From: an uncultured Bacteroidales bacterium
GTDB lineage: Bacteria > Bacteroidota > Bacteroidia > Bacteroidales > UBA4417
Reading direction: 5' to 3'
DNA: 43,966 nucleotides
Assembly (NCBI GenBank): GCA_937965665.1
Contig: CALCJE010000148.1
Location: 1-43,966 of the forward strand
The notes beneath the pieces were generated by a model. The model was not told the origin of the DNA. It did no database searches and saw nothing but the letters and a program-made list of their open reading frames with translations. Both the position numbers and the translations under genes were made by a program. This document shows positions 34,449 through 43,440 of the stretch, in pieces; the first letter of the stretch is position 1; every line of letters starts with the position of its first letter.

Positions 34449-34682
34449 ATGACACAAAAAACTTCAACAATTTCAAAGGAGACAGCCGAAAAACACGGCT
34501 ATTACCTATTCGGTGGCAAAGGTGATGTTTGGTCCAACACTGCTCATTTGTCCCATGGCGGAATGCCAACAACATTGTGTGGCCGACCGATGCTCAGCAC
34601 AAACTGGGTGCGTATTAACGAAATTCAGGAAGTCGGATGCACTGAATGTGCCAGGCTTTTTGATCTTGCAATTTCACTTTAA
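34449..34682 (+). CDS. Small Cys/His-containing hypothetical protein (77 aa)
   Basis: TLCGRP...VGCTECARLF suggests a metal-binding knuckle. A hairpin follows the gene. Confidence 0.45.
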   Translation: MTQKTSTISKETAEKHGYYLFGGKGDVWSNTAHLSHGGMPTTLCGRPMLSTNWVRINEIQEVGCTECARLFDLAISL

Positions 34683-34690
34683 TTAACCAG

Positions 34691-34716
34691 GTTCCCGGGC
34701 TTCATCACTCGGGAAC
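34691..34716 (+). terminator. Hairpin after the 77-aa gene (weak intrinsic terminator)
   Basis: GTTCCCG (34691-34697) pairs with CGGGAAC (34710-34716). The downstream T-run is short and interrupted. Confidence 0.35.
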
Positions 34717-34732
34717 TACAATTTTAAAAGCC

Positions 34733-34981
34733 ATGACACAATCCGAAATTATCAACAGGACCTTCCGGTTCATTTACAACATCCCTTCAAACTTCATCGA
34801 AGATATTTGGTTTGACACTCCATGTCTGAAAGAACACCTCAAAGCCAAGTTCACCGGCTTCTGCAAATCCGAAGGATATGCTTCAGCCAATGCCATACTA
34901 AAATTCGTTTCCGCCCTGGATGAATCCAACACAGAAAAATTCTGCTCCTATGCTTCCTTCTGGATGCAAAACCACAGATAA
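34733..34981 (+). CDS. Hypothetical protein (82 aa)
   Basis: ORF only. Confidence 0.4.
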   Translation: MTQSEIINRTFRFIYNIPSNFIEDIWFDTPCLKEHLKAKFTGFCKSEGYASANAILKFVSALDESNTEKFCSYASFWMQNHR

Positions 34982-35046
34982 TCCGTATTCGCCCGTAAAA
35001 TACGGCTCACAATTTTCAAATTCTCAAATCTTCAAATTCCAATCCC

Positions 35047-35268
35047 ATGAAAAAGTATTTCAACGATCCCCGCCCCATTACTGTAAGGTATCAGGGCACT
35101 TGTGCCGAGTGTGGCAAAACTCTAAAGAAAGGCACTGAAGCCTATTACTGGCCTACTGATGGCAAAATTTACTGCATTTCCTGCGGTGAATCTGAGTATC
35201 GGCAATTCCTCTCAGCTGCAGCCGACGAAGCTGTTTACCTGGGCATCGGTAATCCCTTCGCATGTTAA
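35047..35268 (+). CDS. Small zinc-ribbon protein (73 aa)
   Basis: CAECGKTL...YCISCGESEY gives CxxC-N19-CxxC. Confidence 0.5.
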   Translation: MKKYFNDPRPITVRYQGTCAECGKTLKKGTEAYYWPTDGKIYCISCGESEYRQFLSAAADEAVYLGIGNPFAC

Positions 35269-35290
35269 TTTTCGGAATCACTTTCTTAAT

Positions 35291-35315
35291 GCCCGGTTTG
35301 ATCCCGGGCTTTTTA
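35291..35315 (+). terminator. Rho-independent terminator
   Basis: GCCCGG-tttgatc-CCGGGC followed by TTTTT. Confidence 0.65.
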
Positions 35316-35495
35316 ATTATATTTCTGAGGAATAACTGTTTAAGAAACAAGTAAATCAAATTAAATTCCATTTATTATTACATTTACTTGATGAAAATAA
35401 AGTCGGAAAAATGTTGTTTGCTATAAAGTCTGTAATAAATGCCAATTGATGACTAATTGTAATTGAAAATTGAATAGAATTAAGAAAAAGAAATT

Positions 35496-36497
35496 ATGGC
35501 AAATCAAATACCCATTGACAAACTTAGAGATAGAGGAGGTTATGTTGATATAGGCACAAAAGAGGATGGAGCTATTGTTGAAATGTTTGACATTGATGGA
35601 GTGCTAATAATAATCAAAGAAAAAGCTCTATACGAATTAAGATATGCAGATGATATTGATCCTGGGAGGGTAAATCCTAACCTGCCACCTAATGTTCAGA
35701 GATTATTATTAAAACTTGGCTCTGAATCAGAGTTACTTTCAAGGACTTTTATTACAGCTAAAAAATTATTTAGGAAAGAATCTCTAGTTGAATCGTTTAA
35801 TATCAATTCAGCTTTACGATTTTCTTTAGAAGCAGCAACAGAATTAGCGACTATGGAATCTGAAATTAATAATTATTTAGCAGATGAAAAGAAAGTTTGT
35901 GAAGAATATGAGACAAATAGATCAAAAGAAGTTTTTTATACAATTCCTTCAATTACTGATGTTACCACTAGGTGTAAAACAATTTTTCAGAAAGCAGATC
36001 ATGTGATGCAAGCTTTAATGGACATCATAAAATTATTTTATAATGATTTGGGTAAAAGCCCTTATTATTCAGATTTTATCAATTTTATTGAAAAGAAGTA
36101 TGGTAATTCAGATCCATTTTATGAGTACCTTAAAAAGATTTTTTTTATTATCGAAATGATTCGTAACATACGCAATTGTCTTGATCATAGGCGATCTGAG
36201 ATATTAATAAAAGATTTTGAAATACAATTAGATGGTAATGTTCTCACTCCCACTATTGAAATTGAGTATTTAAATTCAAAACTTGACAGAATTTCACTAG
36301 AATCTTTTCTTCCTATTATATTACAGAATCTTATTACCATTTTTGAGAATATGTTGGTGGGACTTTGTAACAAAAACTTGGCACAGACTCCTTTTACGGT
36401 GAAAGTTGTATTTGTTCCACCAGAAAAAAGAAAGAACAAATTTGTTCAATATGGATATTGGAGTGCATTAGGTCCAGGAGGCTTTTTCCAACAATAA
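35496..36497 (+). CDS. Candidate HEPN-domain protein (Abi-like RNase toxin/defence effector) with an uncharacterised N-terminal domain
   Basis: IRNIRNCLDHRRSE contains an R-N-x-x-x-H (Rx4H) motif at 36171-36188 in a predicted helical C-terminal half. The gene is noticeably more AT-rich than its neighbours and stands alone behind a terminator. Confidence 0.5.
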   Translation: MANQIPIDKLRDRGGYVDIGTKEDGAIVEMFDIDGVLIIIKEKALYELRYADDIDPGRVNPNLPPNVQRLLLKLGSESELLSRTFITAKKLFRKESLVESFNINSALRFSLEAATELATMESEINNYLADEKKVCEEYETNRSKEVFYTIPSITDVTTRCKTIFQKADHVMQALMDIIKLFYNDLGKSPYYSDFINFIEKKYGNSDPFYEYLKKIFFIIEMIRNIRNCLDHRRSEILIKDFEIQLDGNVLTPTIEIEYLNSKLDRISLESFLPIILQNLITIFENMLVGLCNKNLAQTPFTVKVVFVPPEKRKNKFVQYGYWSALGPGGFFQQ

Positions 36498-36739
36498 CTT
36501 CCGATTAAATTTTTTAAGTCTGGTTTCCATAGGGCTTTATTTTTCTAAAGTGCAAATAAGTGCAACAAACAGCATAGCACTACATAACATATTGTATAAC
36601 TGTATGTTATAGTATTATTTCTTATATTCCACCGTACCTTTGTACAGAAGTCGGGAAGATATAGATTCCGTATCAATTCCATACCAAGTCCGTATCAAGG
36701 CCGCTTTTCTTTAATTATTCATCTAAATACTTCTGCCCA

Positions 36740-37411
36740 ATGGCAATCGTACAAAATCCCATCACTGGCAGGACCTGCAAGAAATTCGGGACCGCCGTTT
36801 TCTCGAAACACTACGAGAACAACACCATGAGAAGCCGCCCCATCCAGGTAGCTAATCCAAGAACCGAAGGCCAGGTATTGCAGAGGAGCAAATTTGCTCA
36901 GACTGTTGACCTGATCCGACAGGTACTCCCCGTTGTTAATGATGCGTATTCTAATACGCTCAAAAACATGTCCCCTTTCAACAAGATCGTTAGCTTGAAC
37001 GTTAAGAACATTTTTACTGAAGGCACGAACGAAATTGATTATACCAAAGTTCAGTTCTGCGACAATGCCGGCAGCAATGTCCGCAATGTTGAATTGACTT
37101 GTGAAGATGACCAGGTAATTAGCTTTATCTGGGAACCAAACACAATCAATCAGGCTGAGCTTGATGAACCAGTTTCGATTATCCTGGTTAACTGCATCAA
37201 GAACAAAGCAATCAACTACCCGGCAGTTGCTTTGAGGTCGGAAAGTGCAGCCAGCGTAATTGCACCTGTTGAATGGGTTGGCGATATGGTTGCCGCTTAC
37301 TTCAACACGACTGATTACACTACCTCGAACCCTAAAGCTGATGGATCTATTCCTAAAAAGAAAGTGATCAGCTTTAAAGCCGGAGCAGATCTTACTAAGA
37401 ATGTAAAATAA
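36740..37411 (+). CDS. Hypothetical protein (223 aa); the N-terminal pattern resembles a conserved Bacteroidota uncharacterised family (possibly DUF6266-like)
   Basis: ITGRTCKKFGTAVFSKHYENNTMRSRPIQVANPRTEGQVLQRSKFAQ. A terminator-like hairpin follows. The overlapping antisense ORF 36719-37420 looks like a shadow ORF. Confidence 0.5.
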   Translation: MAIVQNPITGRTCKKFGTAVFSKHYENNTMRSRPIQVANPRTEGQVLQRSKFAQTVDLIRQVLPVVNDAYSNTLKNMSPFNKIVSLNVKNIFTEGTNEIDYTKVQFCDNAGSNVRNVELTCEDDQVISFIWEPNTINQAELDEPVSIILVNCIKNKAINYPAVALRSESAASVIAPVEWVGDMVAAYFNTTDYTTSNPKADGSIPKKKVISFKAGADLTKNVK

Positions 37412-37432
37412 GCAAGTCACCTGCTAAAAAGC

Positions 37433-37473
37433 AAAAAGCCTTCAATCTGCGGAGAGCAGGCTTTTTCTTTTTT
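37433..37473 (+). terminator. Terminator-like hairpin with T-run
   Basis: AAAAAGCC...CTGC-ggaga-GCAG-GCTTTTTCTTTTTT. Confidence 0.5.
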
Positions 37474-37589
37474 AGTTTACACCCTATCAAAGTGTAACAT
37501 ATTCAATATCTGCTATTTATTTTCTTTTGATTGTTGCCTGTTTTCCTTTGGGCTTGGGCTTTATGGTCGCATTTTTGGTCGCATAAATG

Positions 37590-37618
37590 AAAAAAGAGCT
37601 ACAAGCAACTTGTAACTC
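37590..37618 (-). terminator. Rho-independent terminator of tRNA-Arg
   Basis: The minus strand reads GAGTTACAAG-ttg-CTTGTAGCTC followed by TTTTTT, 12 nt after the tRNA 3' end. Confidence 0.65.
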
Positions 37619-37630
37619 TTTGATTTTCAG

Positions 37631-37704
37631 TGACCCCGCCAGGATTCAAACCTGGAACCTTCTGATCCGTAGTCAGATACTCTATTCAGTTGAGCTACGG
37701 GGCC
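37631..37704 (-). tRNA. tRNA-Arg (anticodon ACG)
   Basis: The minus strand GGCCCCGTAGCTCAACTGAATAGAGTATCTGACTACGGATCAGAAGGTTCCAGGTTTGAATCCTGGCGGGGTCA folds by hand into a 74-nt cloverleaf. It has a 7-bp acceptor stem (one G-U pair), D stem GCTC/GAGT, anticodon stem TCTGA/TCAGA with loop CTACGGA, and T arm CCAGG-TTTGAAT-CCTGG. CCA is not encoded. Confidence 0.95.
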
Positions 37705-37788
37705 GTTACGAGCGTGCAAATATACAACTTTATTTAAATACGCAAGAGTTTAATGTTATTTTTGCCACAAAATTTGATAAAAAATACG

Positions 37789-38154
37789 ATGATGAACTTC
37801 CACGATTTCCTGCCTCAGCTTCCGGAAATGCTAAGAGAACTGCCTTTTGCAATAACGGTTTGCGATACCGAAGGCATAATACTTTACATGAATGATCGGT
37901 CAATCAGCACATTCCAGAAATATGGAGGAACTGACATTATCGGAACAAACCTGCTTCTGTATCACAATGGAGCTTCGGCGGTAAAACTCAGGGAACTGCT
38001 CGATAAGCAAATAAAACATGCTTATACCATCGAAAAAAACGGGATCAGGAAGATGATTTATCAATCACCCTGGTATAAGGACGGAAGGTTTGCAGGGCTA
38101 GTTGAACTCTCGATGGAAATCCCCATGGAAATGCCGCATTTTATCAGGCAGTGA
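37789..38154 (+). CDS. Stand-alone PAS-domain protein
   Basis: LPFAITVCDTEGIILYMNDRSISTFQKYGG...IGTNLLLYH is PAS-like. Start at MMNFHD (37789) is preferred because the longer ORF runs into the tRNA flank. Confidence 0.6.
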   Translation: MMNFHDFLPQLPEMLRELPFAITVCDTEGIILYMNDRSISTFQKYGGTDIIGTNLLLYHNGASAVKLRELLDKQIKHAYTIEKNGIRKMIYQSPWYKDGRFAGLVELSMEIPMEMPHFIRQ

Positions 38155-38187
38155 TAAACCTGTCCTTAACAAAATTTGAAAAATTCA

Positions 38188-38619
38188 TTAATCATCAACG
38201 TTGCCATCCCAGCGCTGACGGTTTACTTTTTTTGCCGAATGTTCCTTTTTTCTGGCGATACGTTCTCTCTTTGAACCTGCTGTTGGCTTGGTTGCAATAC
38301 GATCTTCCTCCGTCGCAAATGCTTTTGTTACCAGGCTGATAAATTTTTCGATAATCAGTTTCCTGTTGGCCAGTTGGGTTCGCTCCCTGCCGCTGCTGAT
38401 CCGAAATACACCGGCTTTCGATATCCGGGTACCCAGCGCCGTGAAAAAGACCGCTTTCTGATCCTCGTTCAATGCTAAAGTTTCCAATACATTAAACAAC
38501 AGTATTACCTTGGTTGAAACTTTATTTACATTTTGTCCCCCGCTACCGCTGCTGCGGGTAGCCTCAAAACGGCATTCGTCAAGCAACTTGTTTATATCGG
38601 GAGTTTGAATCATAAACAA
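38188..38619 (-). CDS. arfB: Alternative ribosome-rescue factor ArfB (peptidyl-tRNA hydrolase, RF-1-domain, GGQ)
   Basis: SGSGGQNVNKVSTKV GGQ motif, 143 aa, basic C-terminal tail (KRERIARKKEHSAKKVNRQR). Confidence 0.85.
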   Translation of the reverse strand: MFMIQTPDINKLLDECRFEATRSSGSGGQNVNKVSTKVILLFNVLETLALNEDQKAVFFTALGTRISKAGVFRISSGRERTQLANRKLIIEKFISLVTKAFATEEDRIATKPTAGSKRERIARKKEHSAKKVNRQRWDGNVDD

Positions 38620-38629
38620 TCAGGATAAC

Positions 38630-39553
38630 CTAGTATTTTTTAACCGAAGCATTATGGGTCTGCTGGTAATTTTTTCCGAAAGGTATAGTAACCCCTAACC
38701 AGGGAATACCAAAAATAGTTTCTATATCTTTCGACAGCGGCAGAACCAGCCCATAATCGAGCCCGGCTTTACCTAAAATGGATCGCCCACCCAACGAAAT
38801 CATTGTAAGTGATTCGGTATCTACCTTGATATAATAATTTTCGGTGAGCAAATATCCCCTGGGGCTAACCCGAACCATCCCCGCCAGGCTGATCATGGGG
38901 CTTTTTGCAAAACTACCCGCGGCGTAACCATATCCCATGCCCAGGGTCAGATTAGTATTCCGGTTACCAACGGTAGCCAGGCCGTACAGAATTCCGAAAC
39001 CGGAATTCGCCTCACCAATCACAGTACCGGTGAATGCACCTATGCCCAGATTAAATTTATCCTTAACAATAGGAACGGATAATTTGGGTACTATCCAAGC
39101 CGGCATAGCACTTGTACCAAACAGGAAAGTCGGAACTGTTCCAGCCCCGACTGAAAAGTAGTCGGTTACACCCACGCTCACCTGGTTAAATAGCACCCAG
39201 ATATTCTGGTAATACCCCTCCCCTTTCTTAAGCCCATAACCGTTAGGCATAAACAGGTACCTTGCCGACTGCGGGTTTTCGCCCCAGATTTTTCCTTTAA
39301 CCACGGAACTCCGGGCTATTTCGGTAACCTTCGTAATGTCTTTCTTCAGGATATTTAACTGGCCATATTTCCCTGTCAGGAGTTGCATACTGGTATCATT
39401 TTCTGATACGATATTGCCGATAAATTCAGCACCATCGCTCGTATTAATTTTCACTAACCGGGTTGAATCCAGAACCTGCTGTGCTGAAACAGCGGAAGGG
39501 CGAAATACCAGGATACCCAGTATTAAACCCAATAAGAGTAATATCTTTTTCAT
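38630..39553 (-). CDS. Secreted/membrane hypothetical protein with a Gly-rich C-terminal half
   Basis: Signal peptide MKKILLLLGLILGILVFRPSAVSAQ. No family recognised. Confidence 0.55.
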   Translation of the reverse strand: MKKILLLLGLILGILVFRPSAVSAQQVLDSTRLVKINTSDGAEFIGNIVSENDTSMQLLTGKYGQLNILKKDITKVTEIARSSVVKGKIWGENPQSARYLFMPNGYGLKKGEGYYQNIWVLFNQVSVGVTDYFSVGAGTVPTFLFGTSAMPAWIVPKLSVPIVKDKFNLGIGAFTGTVIGEANSGFGILYGLATVGNRNTNLTLGMGYGYAAGSFAKSPMISLAGMVRVSPRGYLLTENYYIKVDTESLTMISLGGRSILGKAGLDYGLVLPLSKDIETIFGIPWLGVTIPFGKNYQQTHNASVKKY

Positions 39554-39966
39554 ATAAAACCTTATTAATTAGTTTAATTAAGAAGTGATGGGAATGAGAA
39601 CGGGCTGGGCGGCATAAAGTTCAGGCAGCTTCTTTTTGAAATGACTAAAAACTGCAAACTGTAATTTCAGATTCACACTGAGTACATGCTTATAAACAAA
39701 TATACAAAATTTATGTTTCCGATATTACATTTCGAAATGTATATTTAATTTAAATGGATCGATTATGGTACCACACAGAAGCAATTAATATAAAGAGCAA
39801 AAAAAATTGTGAGTACGATATATATCAAGTTTATAGACTTGTTTTTATACCGCCTCACAATTTTCAATCCAGATAAGGAGCATTCACCAGGGATATATGC
39901 TGACCAGGCTTATACTTTCGTATGAATAATCCCAGGGTGCAGTCTCCTTACCAGGAATAATATTCT

Positions 39967-41028
39967 TTATTCAGTAAAACTAAACCCGCGCGGAACAATA
40001 CCAGCCTGAACGGAATCGACAACAGAACCATCTGAAGCTTTTATCCGCAGCACTAGGCCGGCACTTGTATAATTTTTAGGATCAGAAGCGTATAAATAGC
40101 CGGTTTTATTTTCATAGCCCAGGCTGTAAAAATACCTGGATACTAATTTTTGAGGCACCGGGCTTGCTGCAGCGGTATTGAAGCTATAAATTCCGTTGTT
40201 AAACAGGAAATATAAAATAGTACCTGGTTTATCGATCACCAGTTTTTCGGGGTGATCGCCAGTTGAGCCAAAAGAATAGGTATAATCAACGGCCAGCGCG
40301 ACAGGATCAATCCTCATAATTTTACCGGGAGTATCACCTGCTGCAGGCCAGCCACTGTACCCTTTTCCTCTGCAAATTACCCAGATTTTACCCTTGCTAT
40401 CCGTTACCATCCCGGCGGGCGCATCTCCAACCTTTATGGTTTTCACCACCTGGTTTAAGGAGTAGTCAATTACGGATACCGTACTGTCGATACCAAATCC
40501 GCCTGCATTGGCAACAAACACGTATTTAGAAGTCTTCACCATCATTTCAGGCCCGGTTCCTACTTTAATAGTTTTAGAAACTGTATTTGTTAACAGATCA
40601 ATGACCTTAACATTGCCATCCCAATCCGAAACATATCCGACTTTATCATTTATACCCAAAAACTGCGCAGGATTAGCCAGGCCAAATATAGTTCCGGTCG
40701 ATTTAAAAGTAGCCACATCAACCACTTCAACTTTCTGGGCATTATTAACTGAAATGTAAGCCTTTCCATTAAAAATAGTCATACTCTGGGCAATATTACC
40801 TAATGGTCGTTCATTTACAAGTTCAAAAATATTCTGCTTTACCAGGTTACTGTCGGGGTTGAAATAGGTAATAGTCCCGGTTCCGCCTGAATACTGGCCT
40901 TCGTTAACAATAAAAATACCATTGCTGTATGCCCCCTGAACAGCGTTATCGTTATCCTTGTTACAGGATGCAAATGTGGCAGTTACGACAATAGCCAGGT
41001 AAAGAAATGCTTTTTTGAGTGTTTTCAT
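39967..41028 (-). CDS. Surface lipoprotein, YncE/DUF5074-like beta-propeller (BtuG-like by context)
   Basis: Lipobox ATFASC. Repeated blade-like segments. Lies directly downstream of a riboswitch-controlled TonB-dependent receptor. Confidence 0.6.
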   Translation of the reverse strand: MKTLKKAFLYLAIVVTATFASCNKDNDNAVQGAYSNGIFIVNEGQYSGGTGTITYFNPDSNLVKQNIFELVNERPLGNIAQSMTIFNGKAYISVNNAQKVEVVDVATFKSTGTIFGLANPAQFLGINDKVGYVSDWDGNVKVIDLLTNTVSKTIKVGTGPEMMVKTSKYVFVANAGGFGIDSTVSVIDYSLNQVVKTIKVGDAPAGMVTDSKGKIWVICRGKGYSGWPAAGDTPGKIMRIDPVALAVDYTYSFGSTGDHPEKLVIDKPGTILYFLFNNGIYSFNTAAASPVPQKLVSRYFYSLGYENKTGYLYASDPKNYTSAGLVLRIKASDGSVVDSVQAGIVPRGFSFTE

Positions 41029-41045
41029 TTGTGTTGATTTATGGA

Positions 41046-42938
41046 TTATTTAGTAATTAACAGGCTTATGATGAAGGAACGACCCTGCTCAGGGTAATAC
41101 TGTATCGACTGATACTCGGTATTGAGCACATTATGAATCTCCGCCTGAAGGCGAAAACTTGTTTTCCTGCTTTTTAAAATTGTGCCGGCATATACATCGA
41201 ACAACGAGTAGGCTGGTAACGACGATGAATTATCACTTTGCACATATCGTTTCCCTGTCATCGAAAAGGAAAAGAGACTGTAACAGGCGTTTCGGGCAAA
41301 GTAAAATGTCTCCTGTATTTTGTGCAATGGAATATATATCACTTGCTTATCCACAATATCAGCCTGGCCGGATGCGGCTTCCATGTACGTGGATGGAGTA
41401 TAATTATACCCGAAGCGGAAATATCCATTAAACCCGGCATATTTCCAGTCGGATCGGGATGATATTTCCATACCCCGGCTCCACACTTTCTGCTCATTCT
41501 GCGGCGACCAGAGTCCTGCATTGCCAGGTACCCATTGAATCATATTTTCAATCATCAGGCTATACAGGTCAACATTGATTTTGGAACTGAAAACCCCGCC
41601 TGTATGTAACTTAAATTCAGCCCCGGTTTCAATATTCCAGCTGCTTTCGGGCTTCAAATCAGGATTTCCGCCAGGAATCCAGTATTTGTCATTCATAGTT
41701 GGAACACGAAAATTGCGGGATGTGCTGAAGTTTATTGCAACATTTTTGGAAACAGGGAAATGGGTACTGAATGAAGGGCAAAACGGAACCTGGTACCCTT
41801 TCGAAAAATCCTGTCTCAGGTTTAAAACACCAGTAATTCCCTGATTTAGCGCAGAAAAACTGAATGCTGCCCAGACCGATCCCTCGGGCTGGTATTGAAT
41901 TCCGTTATAATTTGCAACTTCCCCTTTGATAATATGTGCCGTAGTTCCGCTGCCAAGTGTAAACCGTTTGCCCAGGTAGCGTTTATACTCAAAATCGGCC
42001 TGTAACGTATTGATGTGATAAAAGGCATCAATATTTGCGGTTTCGCTCTGGTAATGCTCCTTTTCATCGATAAACGCCGAACGAACTATAAATGATTGAT
42101 GCATACCGGTATAAGACCATTGCAGCATGCTCCGGATTGCCTGGTCCCATTGCTGCTGGTCGCTGCTGGACATGGTCATGGTGGGTGGGATCTGCCTGTC
42201 AGTTACCTGGTACCATACCGCGGCCTTCAACTTCTGGTGTTGGTTAATCAGGTATTCGAGCTCGTGAACCGAAGAAGCAGATTTAACAAGAGAATTATCA
42301 ATTGTTACCCTGTTACCATAAAAATCGGTATACTTGAAATTGTTGTTATTCCATGTACCGGAAAGTGATCCCGCATAAGCGAGGTGCTTACTGCCAGCGG
42401 AGAGTTTCAAACCACCATTTGCGTTTCCGAAACTGCCGGCACTCATCAAGGCAGAAACCCGCACAGGAGTTAAATAATGCATTTTGTTGGATAGTTGCAG
42501 GCTTCCGCCGATTACACCGGAACCCAGTAATGCACTTGCACCACCCGACTGAATTACAATATCTGAAAATTCGAAGGTTGAAATACGCGACAGATCAGTC
42601 ATTGCCATATTGGGCTGCTGCAGGTTGATGCCATTCCAGAAGACACCCGATTGGGATGAATTAGTTCCCCGCATCGACAAAGTTGAAGTACCGCTTGGCC
42701 CATTCGATTTAAGGATTATAGGGGTTTGTTCGTTCAGTAACATAGCCAGGCTGGCGCCCTGTCGGATAGAAAGCGTGGTGGTGTCAATTTTTTCAATTTT
42801 AATGCCTGTCGCAAAAGCCGAAATCCTGTCGGCCTTGATCTCAACTGCACCCAATAGCCGAGTGGAATCCGCAACCTGTGCCGAAATTTTCAGTACAACG
42901 CATAAAAAAAGTGAAAAGAAAGCAACCCGAAGTTTCAT
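41046..42938 (-). CDS. btuB: TonB-dependent outer-membrane receptor, cobalamin-type (BtuB-like)
   Basis: Signal peptide MKLRVAFFSLFLCVVLKISAQ (start at 42938 preferred over 42983). Plug-domain motifs (LSMRGTNSSQSGVFWNGINL). The leader contains a cobalamin riboswitch. Confidence 0.8.
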   Translation of the reverse strand: MKLRVAFFSLFLCVVLKISAQVADSTRLLGAVEIKADRISAFATGIKIEKIDTTTLSIRQGASLAMLLNEQTPIILKSNGPSGTSTLSMRGTNSSQSGVFWNGINLQQPNMAMTDLSRISTFEFSDIVIQSGGASALLGSGVIGGSLQLSNKMHYLTPVRVSALMSAGSFGNANGGLKLSAGSKHLAYAGSLSGTWNNNNFKYTDFYGNRVTIDNSLVKSASSVHELEYLINQHQKLKAAVWYQVTDRQIPPTMTMSSSDQQQWDQAIRSMLQWSYTGMHQSFIVRSAFIDEKEHYQSETANIDAFYHINTLQADFEYKRYLGKRFTLGSGTTAHIIKGEVANYNGIQYQPEGSVWAAFSFSALNQGITGVLNLRQDFSKGYQVPFCPSFSTHFPVSKNVAINFSTSRNFRVPTMNDKYWIPGGNPDLKPESSWNIETGAEFKLHTGGVFSSKINVDLYSLMIENMIQWVPGNAGLWSPQNEQKVWSRGMEISSRSDWKYAGFNGYFRFGYNYTPSTYMEAASGQADIVDKQVIYIPLHKIQETFYFARNACYSLFSFSMTGKRYVQSDNSSSLPAYSLFDVYAGTILKSRKTSFRLQAEIHNVLNTEYQSIQYYPEQGRSFIISLLITK

Positions 42939-43029
42939 AATGGTTATTAAAATCCGGGTAAACATGTGAGCATTACCTGCCATTGACAGACCCTGCCGCT
43001 GCTTTTAACCCGAAAGCATTGAACAAAAC

Positions 43030-43215
43030 ACATAGGCAGGTCTTCTGACTTTCTCCCCCTTCCCGGCGCCTTCCCATAACAAATTAAAGTTACAGTGGCA
43101 AAAGGATTGCCGGTGGGTTCATTCGGAGATTACAGCAGCGGGACTGTCCGGGATTTGCACCCGATTCCCTTTTAAGGCATTCCCATTGCAAATGGGATGC
43201 ACACCGTTGATGGGA
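43030..43215 (-). promoter_or_regulatory. Cobalamin (B12) riboswitch
   Basis: The minus strand reads ...AAAAGGGAATCGGGTGCAAATCCCGGACAGTCCCGCTGCTGTAATC...TTTTGCCACTGTAAC...ATGGGAAGGCGCC...AGTCAGAAGACCTGCC. It contains the B12-box core GCCACTG (plus-strand CAGTGGC at 43093-43099) and the other conserved blocks in the canonical order. Confidence 0.9.
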
Positions 43216-43223
43216 CAAAGGTA
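43216..43223 (-). promoter_or_regulatory. Candidate -7 box (TACCTTTG) driving the riboswitch/btuB operon
   Basis: Plus strand CAAAGGTA is minus TACCTTTG, matching TAnnTTTG, just upstream of the riboswitch. Confidence 0.45.
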
Positions 43224-43440
43224 AATCAATAAATTATTTCAATCCAAATAAATAATTTCAGAACTCAATATTATTTTGCCAAAACTCAAATCTATTTACT
43301 TACTAATGTGCGTGTTACAATGATTATTTTTTTTTCTGAAAAATTTAAAACGAATAAAACAGTAACGAATACTTGGGATTGAAAGCGATATAATGCAAGC
43401 GACTGATGGCGGCATTTAGCATTCCAAAAACTAAAACTAT

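Noticed and set aside
36719-37420. 233-aa minus-strand ORF
   Set aside because: It is a mirror of the plus-strand ORF 36740-37411. The plus-strand ORF has protein-like composition, a conserved-looking N-terminus and a downstream terminator. The minus-strand product is Cys/Phe/Asn-rich and irregular.
37596-37618. TACAAG-caa-CTTGTA palindrome next to the tRNA as an att/recombinase site related to the TACAAG cluster at 33.3 kb
   Set aside because: On the minus strand it is a 10-bp-arm hairpin followed by TTTTTT, 12 nt after the tRNA 3' end. That makes it an ordinary intrinsic terminator. Sharing a 6-mer is weak evidence.
37587-37895. 102-aa plus-strand ORF
   Set aside because: It runs straight through the tRNA-Arg gene on the opposite strand. 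The PAS gene more plausibly starts at 37789.
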